A stretch of 64,000 bases of DNA, from contig JALWDZ010000026.1 in assembly GCA_027039485.1 (NCBI GenBank), positions 1,093 through 65,092 of the forward strand, in the 5' to 3' direction. A program made the position numbers and the translations under genes. How positions within the stretch are numbered: the stretch's first letter is position 1; every line of letters begins with the position of its first letter. Below the pieces are notes generated by a model, which was given only the letters and a program-made list of their open reading frames with translations, did not search any database and was not told the origin of the DNA. This DNA comes from Candidatus Shapirobacteria bacterium (lineage in GTDB: Bacteria; Patescibacteriota; Microgenomatia; UBA12405; UBA6130). This document shows positions 57,251 to 64,000 of this stretch, one piece after another.

Positions 57251-58246
57251 CACCTTCTTCAGCACTCTGCCCAATTTAACCGGACTATGGCGGAGGCGCA
57301 TATTTTGCTTTTCAATAATGGCCACATCGGCAACCAAAGGTTTAGGTTGTAATTTTCTATCCACTTTAATTGGCTGGGAGTGCTCATAGCGATAAAGCCG
57401 CCATACTTTAGCCAACTGTTTCTTTGGTAAAGCCTGCCAATCAGGCATAATAACAACATCAAAAGGCCGATTCACCCGCAAATAACGGCGGAAAATTGCT
57501 AGATAATCTCGCTGGGTGCCCCACCGGCTTTCGTTAGCTACTGTCATCAAATTAGCAATCAAAATTTTCTTGGCTCGGCTTTGGCGGTAAGCAGCCGCCA
57601 TGCCCCGTGGCAAAAAATTAGCCAGCAATGACCCGTACAAACTGCCCGGGCCGATAATGATAACCTGGCTTTCTTTAATCGCCTGAATAGCCTCCGGATT
57701 TGCTCGTACCCGTGGCTCCAGCCAAATCTTCTTTACCCGGTCGGTTGACATCCGCTGCAAATCCAAATAATGTTCGCCGCGGTACTCTTGGCCGCTTAAA
57801 GTCCGAAAAGCCAAATCTGCCGGCTCGGTGGCTACCGGCACTACCCGCCCGGCTAACTTGACACCCATTAGCTCCTGAAAAAATTTGTCGGCCTGATTAA
57901 TATCCCCCAATTTCTCCACCAAAAAGCGAAAGAAACTGTTGCCAAAATTTCTTCCCCGCCCATCTCGATAGCGCAACATTTCTTGCCACAGCTTTTTCCT
58001 TTTTCCATCCCGCCAAAGAGAAATCAATGCCCGCCAATAATCAGAAAACGCTAAAAGCTGCCCTCTCTCATCGGTGCGCATCCGCCCAGTATCACCGCCG
58101 CTATCAAAAGTAGTTACCACCGAAACAATATTCTGGAACCCAGCCCGAAGGAGGGCCCTGTTAGTAACCGGCATGCCCGACCCGCCGCCGACAGTACAAA
58201 TCCTCATTACTCCATTATAACGCCCCAATGCTAAATAAAATCTCAA
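57233..58246 (-). CDS. yvcK: YvcK/CofD-like gluconeogenesis-factor family protein (UPF0052)
   Basis: MRICTVGGGSGMP...VTTFDSGGDTGRMR signature. The true start is probably the internal MRICTVGGG. Confidence 0.75.
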   Translation of the reverse strand: MRFYLALGRYNGVMRICTVGGGSGMPVTNRALLRAGFQNIVSVVTTFDSGGDTGRMRTDERGQLLAFSDYWRALISLWRDGKRKKLWQEMLRYRDGRGRNFGNSFFRFLVEKLGDINQADKFFQELMGVKLAGRVVPVATEPADLAFRTLSGQEYRGEHYLDLQRMSTDRVKKIWLEPRVRANPEAIQAIKESQVIIIGPGSLYGSLLANFLPRGMAAAYRQSRAKKILIANLMTVANESRWGTQRDYLAIFRRYLRVNRPFDVVIMPDWQALPKKQLAKVWRLYRYEHSQPIKVDRKLQPKPLVADVAIIEKQNMRLRHSPVKLGRVLKKVIGTRN

Positions 58247-58665
58247 ACAAATCCTAAATCCTAATGACCCAAATCCTAAACCTGCCTGCGCAGGCAGGTA
58301 AATCTAAAATTCAAATGACCAAATGACCGAAACCTTGTCACCCTGAACGAAGCTGAAGGCGGAGTGAAGCCCCAGCACGTTCCGCCAGCCGGCGGAGTCG
58401 GGGTAAAGATCTAGCCGAAGGCGCATGGAAAAGGATATTAGGGTATCAGGTTAATTTTCTTTTTTCTTTTTCTTTCTTTCTCTGTTCTTCTGATCTCTGA
58501 TTCTCTTTCCCTGATTACCTAATTCTTCCTGATATTCTACATTATTTAATCCCCTTTTCTTTACTGAGTTCTAAGTTCTGAATATCTAAATGTTTAGAAC
58601 ATTTGGATTTTGGTCATTTGATATTGTTTAGAATTTAGGATTTAGGATTTTGAATTTATCTTCTT
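58245..58665. repeat. nested-palindrome MITE/REPIN-like element with perfect palindrome and GC-rich core
   Basis: caaatcctaaatcctaatgacccaaatcctaaacctgcctgcgcaggcaggtaaatc... Core gtcaccctgaacgaagctgaaggcggagtgaagcccc...cggggtaaagatctagccgaaggcgcatgg. Right arm ...ggattttggtcatttgatattgtttagaatttaggatttaggatttt. Confidence 0.8.
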
Positions 58666-58686
58666 CAGATGCTGTAAAATTAGAGG

Positions 58687-59163
58687 ATGAAAATTTTGGG
58701 CATTGATCCCGGCTTAGCGGCAACTGGTTGGGCAATTGTTGAAAAAGCCAAAACGCCCCTCCTTGGCGACTATGGCTGCATCACTACCGCTAAAACTGCT
58801 TCTTTTGCCAGCCGCCTTGATGCTATTTTCCGCAAGAGCCAGGCAATTATCCGTCAATACCGGCCTGATATTTTAGCTATCGAAGAGCTATTTTTTGCCA
58901 AAAACAGCAAAACTGCCATTAATGTGGCCCAGGCCATGGGGGTGGTGAAGCTTGCTGGCCAACAGGCCAATATTCCCGTTATCGGCTACACCCCCCTCCA
59001 CATTAAAATTGCCATCGTTGGTTACGGCCGGGCCGACAAGCACCAGGTAGAATTTATGGTCAAGAAAATTCTCCACCGCCGGGAAAGCATCAAGCCTAAC
59101 CATGCCGCCGACGCCGTTGCTGTCGCCCTGACCCACTTATTTCAAAACCCCCAGCTAAAATGA
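58687..59163 (+). CDS. ruvC: crossover junction endodeoxyribonuclease RuvC
   Basis: MKILGIDPGLAATGWAIVE (catalytic Asp7), RNase H-like fold, 158 aa. Confidence 0.85.
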   Translation: MKILGIDPGLAATGWAIVEKAKTPLLGDYGCITTAKTASFASRLDAIFRKSQAIIRQYRPDILAIEELFFAKNSKTAINVAQAMGVVKLAGQQANIPVIGYTPLHIKIAIVGYGRADKHQVEFMVKKILHRRESIKPNHAADAVAVALTHLFQNPQLK

Positions 59164-60623
59164 AAAAGAAAATAACTTATGCTTTATTGACCATTTTTAC
59201 TCTCCTCGGTTTCTATTGGCGCCTGGCTGGCCTCCGGCAAGGCTATTCCTTTTGGACCGACGAGAATCATGTAGCCATTTTCGCCCGGGCAATTCTCCGC
59301 CGCCAAACCCCTGTTCTCGACAACGGCTACAACACCGGCCTTTACCAATATCTTTGGTATTGGCTCACCGCCCTGCCCATGGCCCTAATTTCACCCCCCG
59401 AATTTGCCGCTCGCTTACCGGCAGTTTTCTTTGGCCTAGCCACTATTCTCATGGTTTATCTCCTTGGCCGGGAATTTTTTGACCCCCTCAGCGGCTTATT
59501 GGCCAGTTTTTTGGCAGCATTTTTGCGCATTGAAATCCTCTGGTCCCGCCAGGCCCGCCCCTACCAGGCTTTGCAATTTTTCCTTCTCCTGGCCGCCTTC
59601 CTGCTTCTTCGCTATTCCAAAAGTCCCAACCGCCGCCAGAAAATAGCCTATTTTGCGGGATTTTTGCTAACCGCCGTTCTGGCCAGCCTCTGCCACGGTC
59701 TCGGCCTCCTCATTTTCCTCGACGGCTTTCTCTTTCTCCTTTTGACCTCTCCCTCCCTCTCGCTCATCGCCGCCACCGGCGTTGCCACCATCCTTCTCAG
59801 CCTGCCATTCCACAAACTTTTATTAGCCATCCTCGCCAAACTGGGCCAGACCAACAATCTTTTCTACTACCGCGTTCTCCTTACTCATCATTATTTGCCT
59901 CTAACCATTCTGGCCGGCCTTGGTTTTTTCTGGCTCGGCTACCAAAGCTTCCGCCAGCCAAAATTGCGCGCCCCCTTCCTTCTTCTCACCATCCCCTTAG
60001 TCATCCAGACTCTGGTAGTTAGCCTTGCCCTTGGCCAACCCTTCGTCCGCTATTTTTACATTACCTTTCCCTTCCTCATTCTTCTGGCTGTTAGCCCATT
60101 TTTTCTCGCCCAGCATTTAGTTCCCCCAAAACGCTTTCTGGCCCTTAGCCTCGTCAGCCTTCTTCTTCTCGCTACCCTGCCCCAACTCGCCCTCCGACCC
60201 CAGAAATATTATTCCCTTAACCGCGATATGCAAGAAATTCCCGAAGTCGATTGGCAAAAAATTTATGCCCTGGTAAAAGCCTGGCGCCAAAGTCACCCCC
60301 AGGCACCGCTGGTAGTCAATTGGAATGATCTGCCAGTTTGGTATCTTGGGGAAAATCTTAGCCACCTTTACCTGCTCCGCTCTGCCCCCGCTTCCTATGA
60401 CCCACTTTCTGGAGCCAAAATTCTCCACTCAACCAATGAGCTAAAAAAACTTATCCACCAATACCCCGCCGGCTTAATCGTCCTTGATAGCTGGGATGAC
60501 CGGGTTCCCGCCGGCGTCCGCCAATATTGCCGGCAAAATCTCCACCATGAAGCCGAGGTTCGCCAACTTTTTCCCCGCCAGCCCCGCCCCTGGCCAGTTA
60601 ATATTTATTCCTGGCCTCTTTAA
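59160..60623 (+). CDS. GT39/ArnT-like polytopic membrane glycosyltransferase
   Basis: About 11-12 TM, N-terminal FWTDENHVA (DE motif in the first extracytoplasmic loop), C-terminal soluble domain. Confidence 0.5.
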   Translation: MKKKITYALLTIFTLLGFYWRLAGLRQGYSFWTDENHVAIFARAILRRQTPVLDNGYNTGLYQYLWYWLTALPMALISPPEFAARLPAVFFGLATILMVYLLGREFFDPLSGLLASFLAAFLRIEILWSRQARPYQALQFFLLLAAFLLLRYSKSPNRRQKIAYFAGFLLTAVLASLCHGLGLLIFLDGFLFLLLTSPSLSLIAATGVATILLSLPFHKLLLAILAKLGQTNNLFYYRVLLTHHYLPLTILAGLGFFWLGYQSFRQPKLRAPFLLLTIPLVIQTLVVSLALGQPFVRYFYITFPFLILLAVSPFFLAQHLVPPKRFLALSLVSLLLLATLPQLALRPQKYYSLNRDMQEIPEVDWQKIYALVKAWRQSHPQAPLVVNWNDLPVWYLGENLSHLYLLRSAPASYDPLSGAKILHSTNELKKLIHQYPAGLIVLDSWDDRVPAGVRQYCRQNLHHEAEVRQLFPRQPRPWPVNIYSWPL

Positions 60624-61989
60624 GGGCCTGTTTTTCCAACATTTGCCAAAAGCGCTGCCTTTCTTGAGGGGTTGCCTTCTGGGAATCATAATAGGTAAAC
60701 CAAACCCGATTGCTCGCCTTCTTTCTGCCAGCGCCATCTTTCACTTGGACCCAAATCCAGCCGGTTTTCGAAAGTAAGGGGTCAATTTCTACTACAATCA
60801 GCTTATCGCTCCACGCTTTTATTCTCTGGGGCCGGCCAGCTAAGAAAACCTCCGAGGTAAAAGGCAAATTGCGAAAATTGCGCCCATAGATTTTCACCGC
60901 CATATAACGGCTGGCAATATCGGGATCTATCCGTAGAATGTAGGGTTGGAATTCAAATTTAGCCCGCGCATAACGAAAAATCCTCTGGTTGCCCCGCCAA
61001 AACAACAAAAGCAAGCCAACCAAAATTATTTTCCGCCATCGCCAAGTCGCTCTTTTTTTTAGCCAGAAAATTATTGCCAGAAAAATTAAAATGAGCCAGA
61101 ATCCTAGCAAATAAGGCAAAAGCCGGCCACCGAATTCCAGCCAAAATTTATTTTCAAAAAACCGCCGGTAAAATTGGATTTCCCGACTTATGCCCAATAT
61201 TCCTAAAATCCCCAATATTCCCCCGGTAATTTCCCAAAAATATTTAGCCGCCACTAATGCTAAAGTCAAGATTACCTTTCCTATTGCTGCCATGCCCCGC
61301 CACCACCAACTCCTTCGTTCCCTCATTGTTACCAAATCTCGCGCCCACTGTTCCCGTTTCACTATCAACACCACCACCGCCTTTTGCGTTAGCAGACTAA
61401 TGCCCACTAGCATATACCTCACCAGCCCCTTTATCACCCACCCCGTCAGCGTTATCAGCCTTCTATCCGCGCCATCCGCATGTATACTATCCGCGTCATC
61501 CGCGTTCTCCGCTCCCATCAGCATTATCCGCGCTCTTATACCATCCGCGCTATCTGCGAGTTTTTTAATAAACTCGTCAAAATCCCGCCAACCTCCTTCT
61601 ATATCGCCCACAGGGCGTATATCGTCCCGCTTGCGGGGCATATTTCTATTTGTATCGCTCGCGCCAGCGAGCATGTTTCTATGTATTTCTATTAATTGTT
61701 GGATAACGCCAACCACCAGAAACATATAAGTCCAGATAGCCGCTTTTTCAGCAATTGCTTCTTGTTTGGCCATTAACAAAAAGGGGCACATCATCAAGAA
61801 AATAAGGGCCCCAAAAATAGAAAACCGCCCCTCCAGCCGCCAGCCGATCACCGCCCCAATCCAAATCGCCGTCAATCCCATAATCACCACATCCGATGTA
61901 AACCGGAAAACAAAAATATCCATCAAAATGCCGACAATTGCCGCGATTAAAAAGAAATTACGGTGATGAATAAAATATTTTTTAATCAT
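60598..61989 (-). CDS. hypothetical polytopic membrane protein with C-terminal Ig/IPT-like domain, interrupted by REP-derived in-frame segments
   Basis: N-terminal TM helices, central region encoded by atccgcg-rich and GC-hairpin repeats (...NMLAGASDTNRNMPRKRDDIRPVGD...), C-terminal beta-rich domain. Confidence 0.4.
   Translation of the reverse strand: MIKKYFIHHRNFFLIAAIVGILMDIFVFRFTSDVVIMGLTAIWIGAVIGWRLEGRFSIFGALIFLMMCPFLLMAKQEAIAEKAAIWTYMFLVVGVIQQLIEIHRNMLAGASDTNRNMPRKRDDIRPVGDIEGGWRDFDEFIKKLADSADGIRARIMLMGAENADDADSIHADGADRRLITLTGWVIKGLVRYMLVGISLLTQKAVVVLIVKREQWARDLVTMRERRSWWWRGMAAIGKVILTLALVAAKYFWEITGGILGILGILGISREIQFYRRFFENKFWLEFGGRLLPYLLGFWLILIFLAIIFWLKKRATWRWRKIILVGLLLLFWRGNQRIFRYARAKFEFQPYILRIDPDIASRYMAVKIYGRNFRNLPFTSEVFLAGRPQRIKAWSDKLIVVEIDPLLSKTGWIWVQVKDGAGRKKASNRVWFTYYDSQKATPQERQRFWQMLEKQALKEARNKY
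61430..61700. repeat. REP-like GC-rich hairpin cluster (tandem tatccgcg motifs plus gtcccgcttgcggggc and cgctcgcgccagcgagc hairpins)
   Basis: Hairpins with 7-bp GC stems in AT-rich background, matching units in 62985..63880. Confidence 0.7.
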
Positions 61990-62594
61990 TCCTTATAATA
62001 CGCATCTTCTGCCCAATTACGAGGATTATTAACAATATATTGGCGAATGTTTTCCAATGATTTCTGATTTCTAATAATTCGTTCGTAATAATTGCGTTGC
62101 CAAATTTTGCCGGCAAACGGCGGCCAATTATGTTGTTTTACATTGCGGATATATTCGTTGGTGGTCATCCGTTTAAACCATGAAATATACCGCCCCAACC
62201 CTTCATATGTATTCGGGATATTTCGTTTCGTCTGTAGGGGCGATTCCGTGTAATCGCCCTGTTGATCCGGCGATTCCGTTAACGGGCGAAAACATGGTTT
62301 CGCCAAATCATCCGGGCGAAAACATGGTTTCGCCCCTACAATTTGAATAATGCCGTGGATGTGGTTGGGCATAATAATAAATTCATCCAATTGTATCCGA
62401 CGATATTTCGCCGGTAATTTTTGCCACCAACGGTACACCATTCTGCCAATTTTGTTCATTACCATTTCGCCATTTTCTATTCGACCAAATAAATTCACCC
62501 GATTATGCACACAAATGGTAATAAAATAATATCCGGGTTGGCGATAATCGTAATTTGGCAACCTAATTGTCCTCCTATGAAAAATTTTTGCCAT
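61986..62594 (-). mobile_element. REP-associated tyrosine transposase (RAYT; IS200-like Y1 transposase) with an in-frame palindromic insertion
   Basis: HuH motif IMPNHIHGII, C-terminal WQRNYYERIIRNQ...YIVNNP block typical of 'transposase IS200-like' (PF01797) REP-associated enzymes. Duplicated 24-nt palindrome gggcgaaaacatggtttcgcc at 62270..62340 encodes AKPCFRPDDLAKPCFRP. Confidence 0.75.
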
Positions 62595-62602
62595 CTAATT
62601 CG

Positions 62603-64000
62603 TTAATGTATTAATTTTTTAAGAATTAATGTGTATCCTAGATATCCTACTGATCCCATTAAGGTCATCAGACTTATAAACAACCCAATGTAGAAAAACC
62701 GCTGGGGCCAGAATTCGACAATCAATTCATAATTTTCCCGCCCGCCAACATCGCTGGGTTTGATATACCAACTATTGGCATAGCCATTCACCAAATAATG
62801 CCGGTCTTCGGCAATTGGTTGTTTGCCCCAGGTTTCAAAAGTGGCCGGTTCCAAAAAGGTCATCCGGTGCGTGCCTTCTTTTATCTCGCCATTAAAATAA
62901 CTAGCCACCTCCGGCCCGTATCCCTTATTCTTCAAAAACCACCCCGTCACCCTCGCCGCCACTTTCCCCACAATTCCCATTAAATTATTTCTATTTGTAT
63001 CGCTCGCGCTAGCGAGCATGTTTCTATTTGTTTCGCCCCGTAAGGGCATATTTCGCGCCGAAGGCGCATATAACTTCCACCCTTTATGAAAACTTTCTGA
63101 AAACACCAGCGTATACGGCCCCTTCGCCCCGGTTACTTTTACCCGATATTTTGTCGGATTGATTTTGACAAACTCTATTTTAGGAAACCCTTTTTCAGTT
63201 TCATGAGCCGAAGACAGATTTATATCGTCCGAAGGGCTTGTATCGTCCCGCTTGCGGGACATATTTCTATTTGTATCGCGAGCGTCAGCGAGCTTATTTC
63301 TATCTATATCTTGTTTGTAATTTAGAATCTGTTTATTAATTTTCGAATTCGTTAATAAATTAATTGACTTTAATATAATCTCCGGTACTATAACCCGCCT
63401 CACTTCCAATTTCGCCAACGCCCCCACCTCAACCCCTTTTAATACCAATCGCCCTTCATCGGCAAAATTGCCAGCTTTAAAATAAGCAACAAAACTATTT
63501 CCGTTTGTATCGCCCGCAGGGCGTATTTCGCGAGCTCCGCTGTGGCGGGGCGAGCTTGTTTCGCGAGCGCCAGCGAGCATGTTTCCATCTATTTCTTTAA
63601 TTATTTTCCATTCCTCACCTTCTTTCCTTTCCTCTATTAAAATCTCCCCCGCCGGCTTTACCCCCTTCTTTAGCCGCCCTTCCACCCGATACCACTCTCT
63701 TCCCCTATATTCACCTATCCTTAGGGCAAAATTATTTTCTTCCTTTTTATCGCGAGCGTTAGCGAGCGTGTTTCTGTCTGTATCGCCCGCAGGGCTTGTA
63801 TCGTCCCGCTTGCGGGGCATGTTTCTATTTGTATCGCTCGCGTTAGCGAGCATATTTCCATTTATATCTATCAAATTTTTACTTAATCCCCTTATCGGTA
63901 AAACTATTTCCTGTTTTCCCGCCTTAAAATACCTCTCCCCCCACTCTTGCCACCCACTTATATCGCCCGAAGGGCTTGTATCGTCCCGCTTGCGGGACAT
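62603..64000 (-). CDS. hypothetical tail-anchored protein heavily invaded by in-frame REP-like units (5' partial; ORF continues past the window end)
   Basis: C-terminal TM (FFYIGLFISLMTLMGSVGYLGY). Peptide NMLA.ASDTNRNMPRKRDDTSPAGD recurs at least 5 times, each encoded by the same ~85-nt triple-hairpin DNA unit. Confidence 0.35.
   Translation of the reverse strand: MSRKRDDTSPSGDISGWQEWGERYFKAGKQEIVLPIRGLSKNLIDINGNMLANASDTNRNMPRKRDDTSPAGDTDRNTLANARDKKEENNFALRIGEYRGREWYRVEGRLKKGVKPAGEILIEERKEGEEWKIIKEIDGNMLAGARETSSPRHSGAREIRPAGDTNGNSFVAYFKAGNFADEGRLVLKGVEVGALAKLEVRRVIVPEIILKSINLLTNSKINKQILNYKQDIDRNKLADARDTNRNMSRKRDDTSPSDDINLSSAHETEKGFPKIEFVKINPTKYRVKVTGAKGPYTLVFSESFHKGWKLYAPSARNMPLRGETNRNMLASASDTNRNNLMGIVGKVAARVTGWFLKNKGYGPEVASYFNGEIKEGTHRMTFLEPATFETWGKQPIAEDRHYLVNGYANSWYIKPSDVGGRENYELIVEFWPQRFFYIGLFISLMTLMGSVGYLGYTLILKKLIH
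62985..63880. repeat. array of dispersed ~85-nt REP-like triple-hairpin units (copies near 62990, 63230, 63490, 63750, 63960)
   Basis: The unit is catgtttctatttgtatcgctcgcgNtagcgagcat, then gtcccgcttgcgggacat, then gcccgaagggc; each block has a 4-7 bp GC stem. Confidence 0.75.

Noticed and set aside
15598-58665. Possible CRISPR array, because of the many repeated sequences
   Set aside because: The repeats are long inverted arms with variable cargo, not a regularly spaced direct-repeat/spacer array, and no cas genes are present.
61190-61729. Forward-strand ORF 61190..61729 (179 aa, Ser/Ile/Pro-rich)
   Set aside because: It is antisense to the better-supported membrane protein 60598..61989 and is composed of repeat sequence, so it is likely spurious.

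Overview
This 64 kb window looks like a small, streamlined bacterial genome, possibly a Patescibacteria/CPR-type monoderm. I base that on a short 282-aa trigger factor, a secretin-less type IV pilus locus, very dense glycosyltransferase content and compact overlapping genes; the taxonomic call is inference only. The coding content is as follows.

- **Housekeeping genes:** tgt, hisS, tig, thrS-infC-rpmI-rplT, PBP1A, rpmG, dedA, recG, rpmF-nusB-rnc-rpsP-KH, ychF, ruvA/ruvB/ruvC, yvcK. The ruv genes and yvcK are not contiguous. ruvB and ruvA are co-oriented and separated from yvcK by one repeat element, and yvcK and ruvC are divergently transcribed across another.
- **tRNAs:** nine genes. Six form a forward-strand array (Val-Phe-Gly-Gly-Gln-Lys), two tRNA-Leu lie on the reverse strand, and tRNA-Tyr sits upstream of rpmG.
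- **Type IV pilus locus (21.7-33.5 kb, minus strand):** pilB-pilT-pilC-major pilin-pilD, eight further pilin-like genes, then pilM-pilN-pilO.
- **Surface-glycan locus (33.9-55.2 kb and 59.2-60.6 kb):** about 12 GT1/GT2 glycosyltransferases, three GT39/ArnT-like membrane glycosyltransferases, an O-antigen-ligase (Wzy_C)-like protein, two Wzx-like flippases, an LCP protein and a hexapeptide acetyltransferase.

The most unusual content is repetitive DNA, in three forms.

- **Intergenic palindromic elements:** five copies of a roughly 200-440 bp nested-palindrome, MITE/REPIN-like element sit in intergenic gaps. Three of them carry a conserved GC-rich core.
- **In-frame insertions in glycosyltransferases:** the same palindrome, CCTGCCTGCGCAGGCAGG, and the same 'GGATTTGG' k-mers are inserted in frame into two paralogous GT2 genes.
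- **REPtron at the 3' end of the window:** a REP-associated tyrosine transposase (RAYT, IS200-like Y1) is surrounded by about six copies of an ~85-nt triple-hairpin REP-like unit. These units are embedded in frame in the flanking ORFs, giving a repeated peptide 'NMLA.ASDTNRNMPRKRDDTSPAGD', and a related palindrome is inserted in frame in the RAYT itself.

There is no CRISPR array and no rRNA.
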